Positions 11,399 through 38,806 are shown, counted from the stretch's first letter. The stretch is 64,000 nt of DNA from Sminthopsis crassicaudata (GCF_048593235.1 NC_133620.1:353925261-353989260); one strand, 5' to 3'. Notes: generated by a model not told the origin, from the letters alone. Program-made: numbers and translations.

Positions 11399-11944
11399 GT
11401 ACAGTACTGGAAATGTCTGCGGTTCAAAATCCCATCTCTTTAACTTCTTTATAAGAGATATGTTTGGTTTCCTCTGGATGGGGGAAGAGTGGAGTGTGTG
11501 TGTATGTGGGGAATTTGTTCACACTAACAAGGACATGAACATCCTTTATCTCTATTTAGTTGCCACATTATTTATATCTATCTGTTGTCAACTGGCTATC
11601 TTTCCTCATATTATTCTGTCTCTATTTTTCATGTCTCAATGTTCCATAATCTTTTTTCTTCTTCCCAGAAAGGCTGGCTGAATGGTTGGTCATAATGATA
11701 AATTATTCCATTATTCCCTCAGCTCCTTTTTGTATTTTTAGGCTTCAGAGATGATACTTTGGGATCCTGCCCTTTTTTTGCTTGTATCTTTCCCACCCGG
11801 TGTAGAGGCTTGACTTTTAAGAGTCTTGCTTGCCAAGGGCTTTTCCTACTCCTTAGAAACAAAGTTCCTTGAATTGCTGTGTACTCATAATGAGAAGGCT
11901 GTTGTTAGTTGGCCCTTCCCCAATCCAGTCCAATCCAATCCAAT

Positions 11945-13480
11945 AACCTTTTTTTAAAAAAAAATTTAAGGATACATTTTGTTTTTGCAGCAACTTCATT
12001 TCCAAATATATCCCTTTCCCCTCCCAGCAACTCATCACAAGGAATCTTTTATTAAAGAGAAAAAGAAAAAAAAATTTAGTGAAGTAAACTAAACAACATA
12101 TCAACAGAACCTGACATTATATGCAATGTTCCAAACACATCATCTCTCATCTTTGCAAAGAAGTGGAGAAGGACATTTTCACATCTTTTCTCCAGTGCCA
12201 GACTTAGTATAATCTTGCAATGTCAAATTTGTTTGGGTTTGTATATTGTTTTATTCTTTCCATTTTCATTGTTGTTGCTGGGGTTCTGCTAATGTCATCC
12301 TATCTCAGTTCTTCATCTTCTCATAACAATGTAATATTCTGCCATCTTCTCATGACATAATATTTTATTATATTCCTGGACCATTCTTTGTTTAGACATT
12401 CCCAATGGAGGGATATCTACATTGTTTCCAGTTCTCTGCTAAAACAAAAATCCTTCTATGAAAACATGGTTATATATGAAAGTTTTCTATTTTAGACTTG
12501 GGGGGGGGACATATGACAGCAGTGGGATCTCTGCATCAAAGGATATGAACATTTTGGTCAATTTTAACATAATTCTAAATTCCTTTCCAGAAGGAATTCA
12601 TCACTCCATCTGAAGTCTCTTCAGAATTGTTTCCATCTTTTTCATCTTTTTAATAAAGAGTATGAATGAAACCTTGAAAAAGTTTTGATTACAATTCTCT
12701 TAAACGATTTAGGGCTATCTTTCATATGATTGCTAATATTTTGCAATTCTTCTCGTGAGAATTGTTTGTTCATATCCTTTTGTTTATCCACTGGGATCAG
12801 GATCACAGTTTTAGAACTGAAAAGCAATCTAAGAGAATATTAAGTACAAGCCTCTTATTTTATAGATGAGGAAACTAGGTGCCAGAAATGTAAAGTGTCT
12901 TTGCCCAAGGTAAGTGGTATTGACAGGATTTAAACAGAAATACAGTTCCTCTTAATCCAAATCCTATGACATTTGCACTGTATGTACTATGTTGTCTGCA
13001 TACTAATGAATGCCTCTTAGTCATATATCTATTGTCTGTGTATATTAGCTATTTTCTACTTTATATGCTGAATATTAGACCCTTGTCAGAGATATTTGAT
13101 TCAAAGTTTTTTTTTCCAGTTAACCACATTTTATTCTATTGCATTGATTTTGTTAATGCAAAAGCTTTTAAAATTCTTTTTTAATGTTTTATCATCTCCA
13201 TCCTTCTTTGATTAAAAACCCTCTACTCTTCTTTCTCCTAAACATTATTGTGAAGATTTCTGATCTCATTCTCTTCTAAATTTATTATATGATTATATCA
13301 GGTCACATATCTTTTTTGAGTTTATTGTGGTTTCTTCTTTGACTATGGTTAAACTCTTTCTAATTTCCCTGGAATTCTTATCAAATATGGAACTCTTCTC
13401 CAAGTTATTTATGTTCTAGATTTATTGAACAAACTAAATTATGGGATTCATTTTTTATGTCTTTTTTTAAAATAAAATTT
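11945..13480 (-). mobile_element. Old L1 3' fragments
   Basis: AT-rich; resembles antisense marsupial L1 ORF2 end and 3' UTR; boundaries approximate. Confidence 0.55.
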
Positions 13481-13744
13481 ACATTCCTATTTTCTAATCC
13501 GTACCAACTAATTGTGATAATTATTGCTTTTATAAAATGTAATTTCAGTTCTGGAAATCCTAGTCACCTTTCATTACAATTTGATCACTTTCTATGGGAA
13601 GTCTTTCTTGATTCCCTCAACTCAGAGTCTGACTTTCCTAAATTTTGTTGTTTCCTATGCTCAGTCAGTCATGTCAACTCTTTGTTGAACACCATTTGTG
13701 GTTTCCTTGGCACAGTTACCAGAGTGCTTTACCATTTTCTTCTC

Positions 13745-13890
13745 CAGTTAATTTTACACATGAGAAAATTGAAGTAAACAGGGTTCAGTAACTTGTCTAG
13801 GTCAAATAACTTTGTGTCCCAGGCCAGATTTAAACTCAGGAAGGTGAGTTTTCCTGACTCCAGACATTCTATCCAGCTAGCTATCTTGTA
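13745..13890 (-). mobile_element. MIR-like SINE
   Basis: CORE-like TTACACATGAGAAAATTGAAG...TTTAAACTCAGG...CCTGACTCCAG. Confidence 0.6.
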
Positions 13891-14477
13891 GTTATTCTGA
13901 ATAAATTTATTATATGATGTACAGGTCTCAAACAATGTTTCTTCATAGTGTTTTTGCCACTTACTGCTCCTGTCTCCTTAGGTAAATTGCTTTACCTCTA
14001 TGGATCTTACTTTCTTTATAACATAAAGAGTATTTGACTTAATAACTTCCGATGACTTCTGAGGCAAATCCCAATGTTAAATCCATGATCCTATAATTTC
14101 AAAAGATAAGTGGAAGAACAAAAGATCCAAAAATCTGAAAAGAAGAATTACAAACTATCAGACGCTCCTTGAAAGCTTAAGTAGTTTTATTTTTTTTCAT
14201 TCACATTCTCAGCAACCCAGTACTGTGTGGCACAGGAGAAGCTCTTAAATGGCTGTTGGATTGATTTGACTGATTGATTTTTTCATTATTCTCTTTAAGA
14301 TTTTGGACCTTTTGTTCCTTCAAACAAATTTTGTTATTTTTGGTTAGCTCTATGAAGCTCCACCTTAGTAGTTTGATTGGTCTAGTATTAAATTTGTAAA
14401 TTCATTAGGTAGTATGGTCATACTTAACCAAGGCAATGAGTATTCTTCTAGTTATTTAGGTCATTCTTTCTTTTTAA

Positions 14478-14627
14478 TTTTTTTTTTTTTTTTTACTGAA
14501 GCAGTTGGAGTTAAGTGATTTGCCCAGGGTCACAGAGCTAGGAAGTGTTGTGTCTGAGGCCAGATTTGAACTCAGGTCCTCCTGACTTCAGGGCAGGTGC
14601 TCTATCCACTGTGCCACCTAGTTCCCC
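14478..14627 (-). mobile_element. WSINE1-like young marsupial SINE
   Basis: Poly(T) then GTTAAGTGATTTGCCCAGGGTCACAGAGCTAGGAAGTG...TTTGAACTCAGGTCCTCCTGACT...CTATCCACTGTGCCACCTAG. Confidence 0.8.
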
Positions 14628-14756
14628 AATTCTTCATTTCTTAAAGAGTATTTCCAACAAATAATTATAAAGCATCTACTAAGTACCAAGTACAGGTCTG
14701 AGTTATGGAAATCCAAAAGCAAAACCAAAATATTCCTTGAACTTTAAGAGTCTACT

Positions 14757-14835
14757 GGGGAACAGCTAAGTGGCACAGTGGATAGAGCACCAGCCCTAAA
14801 GTCAGGAGGACCTGAGTTCAAATGTGATCTCAGTG
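14757..14835 (+). mobile_element. SINE 5' half (tRNA-derived head)
   Basis: GGGGAACAGCTAAGTGGCACAGTGGATAGAGCACCAGCCCTAAAGTCAGGAGGACCTGAGTTCAAAT (A and B boxes). Confidence 0.75.
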
Positions 14836-14869
14836 TGAAGACTATTAATCTATAACAGCAGTAATAATG

Positions 14870-15050
14870 GCTAACATTTAAGTATCAGTTTCTATGTGCT
14901 AGGCATTGTCCTAAGCATTTTACAATTATTATCTTATTTGATCCTTACAACAACCCTAGGAGGTTAGTACTAATGTTATCCCCATTTTTCAGATGGGGGA
15001 AACTGAGGCAAATGGAGGTCAAATGACTTCCCTAGGATCACACAGGTAAT
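14870..15050 (-). mobile_element. MIR SINE
   Basis: TTTGATCCTTACAACAACCCTAGGAGG...CCCCATTTTTCAGATGGGGGAAACTGAGGC. Confidence 0.7.
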
Positions 15051-15339
15051 ATGGCCAACCTGCATTTAGGCCTAGCATTTCATCCTATGTACCCAAGCAA
15101 TAAATCTAGAAAGGCAGGTTATGACTAATATATGTTAAGCTTGTTTATATTTTTCCTGTAAATAATAGCAGCAGCAAATCTAGAAAAGAAGCTTATGGCT
15201 TAAGTATGCCAAGCTCAGTTTGTATTTTTCTTATGAAAAATAGGAAGTTATTGAAGCTCCTTGAGTAGAGCAGTGACATATATATGTATTTTAGGAATAT
15301 TAATTTGGAAGTATAAACCATCCTCAAAACCACCTGATC

Positions 15340-15800
15340 TAACCTGTCAATCCAATTAAATATACAGGGATAAAATATCAACCATGTGCTAGCACCAGGA
15401 GAAACAAAGACAAAAATGAACCAATTCCTGCCTTCAAAGAGTTTATACTCTACCAAGAGACGCAAAGTAAAAACAAGTAAATATAAGGTGATTTGAGGAA
15501 GGAAAAAAACATTAAATAAGTGGAGCAGATAGGGGCACAAGGTGTGGGAAAGAAGGCCTCAGGTAAAAGGTGGCATTTAACATGGACCTTGAAGGAAGGC
15601 TAAGATTCTGAGAAGTGGTGATGAGGAGGGAACTGTGGGGAGGGACCCCAAAGATGGATTGTGGAGTTTGTGGAATGCCTTCTAGTCTGGTTTGGTTGGA
15701 ACGTAGAATTCCTGAAGGAGAATATCATGAAATAAGAACAGAAAGCTAAGTAGGAGCCATCGTGTGGAGACTTTTTCATGCCTAGTAATATCTTACCTTC
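15340..15800 (-). mobile_element. L2 LINE 3' fragment
   Basis: ATGTGCTAGCACCAGG...CCTGCCTTCAAAGAGTTTATACTCTA...GGTGGCATTTAACATGGACCTTGAAGGA, typical antisense L2. Confidence 0.6.
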
Positions 15801-16821
15801 CTATTTTAATTAATATGGGAAAGAACCATTGAACCATAGGAAACAATAATACTGAACCTCCTCCAGAGGCTAGGGTCCAGAAAAGGCAATAATGACGTCC
15901 CCAGGTCAGTAGACTGGCTTCCTGCCATAGGAACAATTACGAAGCACTGCAAAAGCCACAAGACACTTGGGGAAGAGACATAGCCAACGTATCACAGTCC
16001 TCCATCCTAGGTAACTTGATTTCTATTCTAATTTATAAATCTATGTTCCTTTGACACTCTGTCCCCCAAAAGTGACCCCAGATAAAAATACAAATCTCTG
16101 AGATTGCACCTCATTTTAGTGTGTGTATTTATATAGTATGTACGTAGCTGTTTTCATGTCGTATCCTTTGTTTTCACCTTCTTAGTAACCTCTACCCTTG
16201 GCATAGTGCCTGGCATGTAGTAAACACTTAATATATTTTATTGATTGACTAGCTGACAAACATATCAAGGAAACACATTCCAGGCTCTCAGACAACACAA
16301 CTGTGTCTTTCCTGAATTCTAGGTCTGACTTGCTCTGTGAAAAATTCAGCCCACCTAAATGCACCAAGATTGCAGCTAAATTAATAATCCACCAACAACT
16401 GATGCTATCTCTTCTGCTCCTTAAATGTCTCCTCTAATAACAATGTAGAATAATTGTTTAAAATACATTTCACCTGACCTTTATTCAACTTCTCTAATTA
16501 TAGCATTAATAGCACATTCCCTGAGACGTACCTGCCCTTACTATGAACCTATCTCTTCTATCCATGGACACAGTCATCTTTTATCAATAGATACAACACT
16601 TGGCTGCTCAAGCTCCCAGTATTCTCTCCCAAGGATTTACTTTTTTTTTTTTTTTTTTTTTTCCCATTAACACATATGCTCTTTTCAGGTACTTTCCTGA
16701 GAGCAGTATTTGACTGCTCTGTCTTATATATCTATTCCTTCCATGAACATAACACATATCCAACTTCACACCCATTCTCTCCCATAAATATTCCTGGGGT
16801 ACACTCAGGCTTAATCATTTC

Positions 16822-16930
16822 TTTTTTTTTTTAATTTAATTTTTTTTATTAATTTTTATAATTATAACATTTTCTTTGACAGTACATATTCATAGGTATT
16901 TTTTTACAACATTATTAATGTTGTAATAGC
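16822..16930 (-). mobile_element. 109-bp L1-type 3' end insertion with 12-bp TSD and fold-back at its 5' junction
   Basis: TSD CTTAATCATTTC at 16810-16821 and 16931-16942; T-rich tail; palindrome at 16904-16926. Confidence 0.8.
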
Positions 16931-18099
16931 CTTAATCATTTCAATGAAATTATATTAAGTGTTCAAAAATGTAGGCCAGTGTATTTGCACTGGGGAGGTA
17001 CAAAACTGGGTATTTATACTATGTTACCCTCTGCATCTGCATGAATTTTAACTCCTGTACAATTCAGTGGAGAGTCTTTGAGTCTGTTGCCAAAACTTCA
17101 TCACTCTATGGCTTACCTAGATATGAGCCTCTCTAAATTCAGCTGGCCTGGTCCTCAACTGGCAGACATAAAGTTTGCCATTAATCCCTTTCTCCGGTTT
17201 GGTAGGGCTTCCCAGAACTAAGCAGAAGCACAATTCACAGGCTCTTTGAAGGTCTTGGATGTGAAAGACAGGGAGATTACTGTTGTATTTGCAAAAAAAA
17301 GAATAAAGCCAGGAGGGGCTGATTTGGGGATAAAGAGGATGGATTTAGTTTCAGACACAATGAATTTAGATGTCTTCTAGGTGGGGATATCTTGTGGGTG
17401 GTAGGAAATATGGGAGTAAACTACAAAGGGACAAGAGAAAAGGACATCAGAGGACCTAAACAAATAGGTATAATTTTTTTTAAAATGGTGTTTCCTTATT
17501 CAAATTATTTGCTAGGCACTGGCCTGGGCTCTGAGATTCAAAGATAAATAGAGCACAATTCATTCTTTTAGATGGGGGACAGTGTTCCGAGGACACAAAA
17601 CAGCTCGGTTTGGTGGAGTCAAAAGTGGGCCAAAGAGGAGGAGGAGGAGGTGCTTAGGGTGGTGGTGGGCTCGGAGCGGGGTCTTTGACACCAGGGAAGG
17701 GAAAGCTTTGCTCCGTAGTGTGACTGAGCGGAGCAGTGACCCCCGCCAGGGCCGAGTGGAAGCTTGGCCTGGCTGTGGAGAACACAGGAGGCGGAGAAGA
17801 GTGGAGGCCCGTTCCTTTGGGGAGGCCATGGTGATGTGGCGGCCGGCAGTGCCGGCCTGTGGGAGGCTGGGGATGGTAGGAACAAAGCGAGAGGGCCGGG
17901 TGTGGGAGTGCACAGGGAGCCCTGGACAGGAGAAGTGAAGGAGGGAAAGCAGGAGATAACCGCCAGTCTCCCACGTGGGAGGCGGAGAAACTATTGTTGC
18001 GCTAGTAAAAAAATAAAGTGGGGAGGGGCAGGGAGGGAGGGGGTGAACTTGGTTTCGAAACCACAAGCCCGAGACGCGTCCAGGGGAGGTGGGATTTCC

Positions 18100-18817
18100 C
18101 ACGGGGCGGTGGGAAGCTGCCGGGAGAGGGCAGGGCTGGAGATAGCACCAGGGGAGTCGGCGGCTGAGAGACTGCCCGGAGTCCCAGAAAAGAAGGCCAA
18201 GGACGCGGGGAGACGTCCGGGTTCTGGGGGAGGGCGCCCTGCGCAGCCCGCAAAGGCCAGCTTGGGAAACGAGGAGCCCGAGCCCGGCGGCATCGGGGTG
18301 AGAAGGAAGGCGGCCCAGGTTGGCCGGAGCACACGCTGGCCCCGCGGGGAGGCCAGCCGCCAGCCTCCTGCTCCAGCTTCGAGGCCCCGTCCCTTCCCTG
18401 CGATTTACCCCGCCGAGAGCCGTATGCCCGGATGTCGCTTAGAGAGCGGGGGCTGGCTTTTGGCTTGGTTTTTCTGCTTGGGCCGGGCCCCTAGCAGGCA
18501 CTTTATAAAGGCCTGTTTTCTCCTCTGGTTAAAGGGTTTTTCTCAGCTCTAGGAGGTTTGGAGGCTCCGGCCGGCCCCGGTTCACTTGGCTTGGCTGCTT
18601 GGGTACACAGTGAGATCCCCGACAGTTCCAGGGTTCACCCCTCTTCTGCACCCCAACATATTAAGGGCGCCCGCCCACTCTCTCCCTCATGGCTCAGCCC
18701 CGCCCTGCTCGCGAGTTTCTCTAAGTACCCGGAACCTCCTGCCCGAGCTCGGTTCCGGAAGTGCTGCGCCGGGCCCCGGAAGTCCGTTCAGAGCGATTCC
18801 GGTTTCCCCGGGTGACG
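18100..18817 (+). promoter_or_regulatory. VPS25 CpG-island promoter with tandem ETS (CCGGAAGT) motifs
   Basis: TTCCGGAAGTG at 18753-18763 and CCGGAAGT at 18776-18783, GC boxes, dense CpG. Confidence 0.7.
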
Positions 18818-21800
18818 ATGGCGACTAGTTTCGAGTGGCCGTGGCAATACCGCTTCCCTCCCTTCTTCACGTGAGCCTCGGACCCGCTTAGGGACCCCCC
18901 ACTCCTTTTTGAGGGACTTCTCCCAACTTTCTCCTAAAGATCTCTCTCCATCCCCCCGACTCAGCATCTTGAATTCGGATGCCCCTCCCCCCGGGTGGGG
19001 GCACGAGGACCCTGCTGACCCCCCCACGCTTTCGTCCCTCCCCCACTCCCCTAGCCTTTCCATTCCCCTGCGCTCTTCCCAGGGGCCCCCCTCCCTCGCG
19101 CTGGGCACGCCTGTCTCGGCCCCACTCCCATTCTCCCCTCTGCTGCGTATACTGATCCCTCCCCATCCCCCTCGTCCGCCCGGGCTCTCCCCTCTCTAGG
19201 TTGCAGCCCAATGTGGACACCCGGCAGAAGCAGCTGGCGGCCTGGTGCTCTCTGGTCTTGTCCTTTTGCCGCCTGCACCGACAATCCAGCATGACGGTAA
19301 TGGAGGCACAGGAAAGCCCTCTGTTCAACAATAACAAGCTGCAGAGTATCCTCCCTAAGGAGCCCCGCCCCCTCCTTTACTGCCCCAGCACAGCTACCCC
19401 CCACCTCCGTCCCCTCCGCCCCCTCCAGGTGGGCCCAGGGTTAGACTCAGGACAGACTTGTTAGCAGGCCAGAGAGGGGGAGTGTCACTCGGTGACGCCC
19501 CAAGGACTGCTTGCCCAGCTCGTTGTGGAGGAGACTTCTGGGTGCGCTTCTGCAGGAATGCCTAGGGAGGGTCTCAGACCTAGGCCATCAACAAAAACAA
19601 ACAAACAAAAAAAATTGGAGCTCGGGGCTCAGTAAGTAGGTCTGGAGAACATCTGGGGAAATAGAATGACAAAGACAGAGGCCAGAACATGTATGTTACT
19701 TGTTCATGTCACACGTGGCACTGCGCTGGTGCTGGAGAAAGACAGACAGAAAACATCCCTGCCCCTTGAGGAACTTATGTTCGTTGCTGAAAATAACACG
19801 GAGTTAAATGGATACAAAGTAAATGTGAGCCCTCCTCCAAACTCTGGAGAATCTAACCTGATGCCATTTGGATATTCAGAATAATGCGGGTGGCGGTTTA
19901 CCAGGGAGCTACCCCTGGGGGTTATTCCTTGTTAGGAGTAAAGTCACCTCTCAGGTCTGTCATTCCCTTAACCCTGAGTCAGGGAAACTCCCCATGGAAT
20001 CCATCCAGATTGTGTTGGAGGAACTGAGAAAGAAAGGTGGGTCCCTGTCCTCCTTATGCGCTCTCTTCCATGATAGTTTTGCTTTCAAGCAGATTTTCTT
20101 GTGCCTTCCTTCTTTTTCTTTGTCGTTGTCCCGTTTTAAACTCTCCTTTCCCCCTTCTATGGCGAGAGTCCAGAGTGACTGACGCATTAATAGCTGTTTC
20201 CTTGATCAGTAGCCTTCCATCTGCCTCTAAAAGTGGAATTTTCCTACCCATCTTTTCATGCCTGGTGTATTTAAGTGGGAATAAGGCTGGAATAGTCTTT
20301 GATATAGGCAACAGTGGCTTTGGGGTGGGAGCTGGGTGTGGGAAGGAGTTAATCTTTCAGTATCCTGAAAGTAGAACTTCCTCCAGTGTTTTCCACCTCA
20401 TTAACCTCTTAGCATCTCCTATGCATGATTGCTTTCTAGGGAACCTGGAGTGGCTGGATAAGAACAAGTCCAGCTTCTTGATCATGTGGCGGAGACCAGA
20501 AGAATGGGGGAAACTTATCTACCAGTGGGTGAGACACAGCAATAGTACAGAGAAAGCACCTCACCTGGGAGTAGAAAGGAATTAGGGTTCAACACTGAGT
20601 GTGCACATGTACTCCACTATGCAGACCTCCATACCAAGCACATTGGGATGGATTATAGAAGAAAGCTACATCTTGGGCATGGCTTTCCCAGTGCCTCAGT
20701 TTCTCTGGCCAAGTAATGCCTCCCTCTCTTTCCCTTCTCACCACCAGGAGCCAAGGGACTAGGCAAGGCCATATTTTCAGACCATAGTGGGAGAAACCAC
20801 AGGCTGCTTTGTTGACCAGAGGCTCTGACCACAGGAGATAAATGAGGAAAGGGCAAAAAAATAACTTGAGTGCTCCTCCTTACACATATACTCACAGGGT
20901 CTGCCTCAAACTCACAGAATGCCAGTGAATTTCTTTGAGCCATTGTAGAGTCAGAACAGGCTCTCCTGAAACTTCCAGCCACAAACCCCAACCCCCACCA
21001 AAAAGGGAAGCATCCTTGGTAGCAATACAACATGTCCAAGACATCCAGCCCCCACCTTCATTCCTGAATAGAGACCTCACCAGGACAAGAGGTCCCTCAT
21101 TAGACATGTGTGACCTTGTGGTTTGAATGCTGTGTATGCATTGTAAATATAGCTTCCCTTAGGGAATGTGGCTATTCAGCCACTCTTCCTTGGAGGCTAA
21201 AATCAGTTCTGACACCTGATTCCTCGATTAGAGGGGTGGGGTCAATGAGTCAGTGAGGTGACAACCCCAAAGACTTCTTGGGCCTCACTTAGTCGTCCTT
21301 TTCTGTGTCTACAGGTTTCAAAGAGTGGCCAGAACAACTCTGTATTTACTTTTTATGAGCTAACCAATGGAGATGACACAGAGGATGAGGGTAATAACTT
21401 TGAGTTCTCCCCCAGTTTGAATTTTACATTTCCTATTTTCTTATCCATCTCATTCTTGACCCCTGGGCTGCAAATACTATGGAAAAGTGGAGTGAATGTT
21501 GGGGAGGAGAGACTTAGGGAGGTTATTGGGGGACAGTGGATAATAATTTTCATCACCTGATTTGTGTCAACATAAGTGAGTTGGGGGGAATGGACAACCT
21601 AGCTGTTTCAGGTATTTGGGCTTTTGTCAAGAATTGGGTTCATTTTGATTTCTGAATCATCTCATCTTTTTCCCTATAAACCCATTGGAGTTCACCCTTT
21701 GCCCCTCCTCTGCCAGATACTGAATTGACAGGTGAAGTCTTATGCCCAGCTTACCAAGCATCTTGAGTTCAACAGCCTGTACCAAGTCACTAACTAGCAA

Positions 21801-22010
21801 TGACCCTATTCATTTCCCCTCCAGTTTTGTGTGAGCATGTATGAGAAGAGGGTCCCCTGTACAGAGAGGCTCCCTTACAACTCTGCTTTCCCCACAGAGT
21901 TCCATGGGCTGGATGAGGCCACACTTCTTCGAGCTCTGCAAGCCCTACAGCTGGAGCACAAGGCTGAGATCATCACAGTCAGCGATGGCCGAGGGGTCAA
22001 GTTTTTTTAG
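18818..22010 (+). CDS. VPS25: ESCRT-II subunit VPS25, 6 exons, 176 aa
   Basis: Exons 18818-18870, 19200-19345, 19983-20036, 20440-20528, 21315-21390, 21898-22010. MATSFEWPWQYRFPPFFTLQP...GRGVKFF*. Intron 2 has U12-type signals. Confidence 0.97.
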
Positions 22011-22501
22011 TGGACCCCTTCCTTCTCCCCCCCCCTTCCTCAGTTCTCTGAAGGAGATAGGCTCTGTTCCCACAGATTGGAGCTTAAACCCAAATGTAGC
22101 TTAAAGGAACTTTTCAACTTCCTCCCAATTGTGGGCTGGGAGAACCATGGGAGAATTTGGAAAAGAAAATTCCTTTGTTACCCCACTGTTCTGCTCCATG
22201 AGTGGGTTGAGGTAATAACGCCAGAGAGAAATATGTGCCTAGTTTCTCCTTATCTTTCTACTCCCTCATTCCAGACTTTGGCTGATCCAGGGTCAGTATA
22301 CCCATAAAACATAGTGACACATATCTACAAGTACACAGTACCTACACACCTCTCCCTTCAGGTTTAGCCTGGATCCTCTAGTAGAGGGGTAGAGGTTACA
22401 TGGAGGACCTGGCTGCAGGCAGCCCACCGGGCATCATAGGAATAGGAGATCAGAGAGGGAGAGCTGGCCATAAAGCGCCAAGTGTGGCTCTGATCTATGT
22501 T

Positions 22502-22507
22502 ATTAAA
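22502..22507 (+). terminator. VPS25 polyadenylation signal ATTAAA
   Basis: ATTAAA followed by a GT-rich tract at about 22530-22560. Confidence 0.55.
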
Positions 22508-23836
22508 GCTGGATTGTTCAGCTCTCAGTACTTTTGTCTGGGTGACTTGTGTGTGTGGGAGAAGGGGATGAACTGAAGATGGGGAGAGCGGAATGTGAAC
22601 GAATGAATCTTAGTTTAGAGATTGGAGGGGGAGGAGTATGGAGATTTTCCAATGTGAATTAGAGAAAAAGGTCCTGTGATCTTTAAAATGTCCACAGAGA
22701 ATTTCTGGAACAGTTTTCTCCAAATTCTAGTCCGTTCTACTGGGGTTTAGCTGTTAATGCTTTCTTGGCCAGTATTAAAAGAAGGACTTTGCAACTTGAA
22801 GAAATAACAGATTCAAGCCAAAATGCAGTGAGAGCCAGTCCCGCTTAAACCCCTACAGGTCCTAGACACTGGGTGGGGCTCTCTCGGGTAGGCGGAAGCT
22901 AAAGGGTTAAGGCGGATTTGGACTTTGCTTCTTTGGAGAGGTGGTCAAACAGGAAAGCGCAGATGGCTGCAGGGTAGCCAACTGGTCCAGGTTGTGGTCC
23001 CTTGGTTGGGAGGAGGGCGGGAGAGGGTTGGACGTGGAGACGAAGCTTTCAGCATTGGAGTGGGTGATGGAGAGAGGCGTGTCCTGACAGGATGGCTCCT
23101 CAGCTGGAGCAAACAGCTGAGTGACCAAGGTGGGCGGGGTCCTGGAAAAGAAACCCAAGCGTTCTGTAGTCTGTGCCCTCTGCCTTTGCTTTCGCCTCTG
23201 GAACTACTCAGGCCAGTTAGTGGACGGGGGTGGGGCTGTCTTATCAAGGGTGAGCAGGCGGGTGGCGGCGTTAGCCCGACCCTGGAACAAGAGCTGCTCA
23301 CATTTGCTCCCCTCCTTAAGGCTGGTGCGTTAGCTCCTTGTATTGGGGAGAAGAACCTCTCTATTCAGAACAAGAGTTTATTTCTCGGAGAAAGCGGGGA
23401 GAGGTTGTCCGCGGTGAGGGGGAGGGCGAATAGCTGTGGCAGATGAGACGGAGCGGGTCTTAGGAGGTGGAGCCTGAAATGAAGCAGGTTTAGCTGCAGC
23501 AATAACCAATCCCTTCTTGGCTTGCGCAGGGGGAACGTGAGAGCACTGAAACCCCGAAGGGGCGGCCTGGGGTGGGTGGGAGAGGGGTGGAGAATAGGCG
23601 GAGGTTAGGGAGGGAGCCCCCCAACAGAGGGGCCTGTAGGAAGGGCCAGAGTGGAGAAGGCGGAGCTCCGGAGCAGGATTGCTGGGGGCCGGGGCTGAAG
23701 CCCATTGCAGGAGCTTGAGCCCAAACCCGAGTGAGACTCTCTGAGCTAGCGCAGTTCTCTAGATATAGAGCCCAAAGCAGAGAGTCCTGCCAACCTTGGC
23801 TCCTGGCCTCGGTGCCATCAAACCCTTTCCTTCCTC

Positions 23837-38145
<14,309 letters not shown>

Positions 38146-38329
38146 GTCCTGAACCGAAGCAATGTGGAACCAGGGTAGAGCTGATGCCCTCAGGACCTGA
38201 TTCTTGATCACTCTAACTCAGAATGCTACTCTCCAAGATGGACTGGTGATGTTTTGGCAAAGACTTCAGCATTTGTTATCCCAAGTTACTTGGATTTGAA
38301 TCCTCCATCTAATACTATGTGACCACCTG

Positions 38330-38490
38330 CAAGTCACTTTTAACTCTCTGTGCCTGTTTTTTTCATCCGCAATAATAAGGGTTATATATGTCCCTACCTC
38401 ACAGGGTTGTTGTGAGGACCAAATGAAATGCCTGCATAATGCTTTGCAAATCTTAAAAGTGCTATATAAATATATAATTGTCAGCTATTA
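38330..38490 (+). mobile_element. MIR in WNK4 3' UTR
   Basis: GTGACC...AAGTCACTTTAACTCTCTGTGCCTG...CCTACCTCACAGGGTTGTTGTGAGGACCAAATGA. Confidence 0.7.
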
Positions 38491-38806
38491 CAATTATCAC
38501 ATCCCAGGAATAGGGAGAGAAAACCAGGGGAAGAATTTCTTTACCCTGTCAAAAGAGGCAAAAATTTGTAAAGCATTTTGCAAGCCTTAAAGCACTATAT
38601 ACATGCTAATTATTACTATTAAAAAAAAAAAAAAAGGCAGAGGAAGAGACTGTTCAGCAGTATAGAGTGTGAGCCCTAGGACTTTCAAGCACCAACCACT
38701 AAAACTACACAAGGTTGCTTGTGGAGAACTTCCCTAGCCGATCCCCCCACCCCCATCTCCCCAAGCCAAGGGCTAGGCACACTCATGTCAGACTTGTAAA
38801 GAAGCC

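Noticed and set aside
17764-18552. 262-aa plus-strand ORF and overlapping 100-180-aa ORFs
   Set aside because: Several frames are open at once in a CpG island; low-complexity G/P/R/A composition; no homology recognised.
20037-20585. 182-aa ORF overlapping VPS25 exon 4
   Set aside because: Intronic read-through explained by the VPS25 exon structure.
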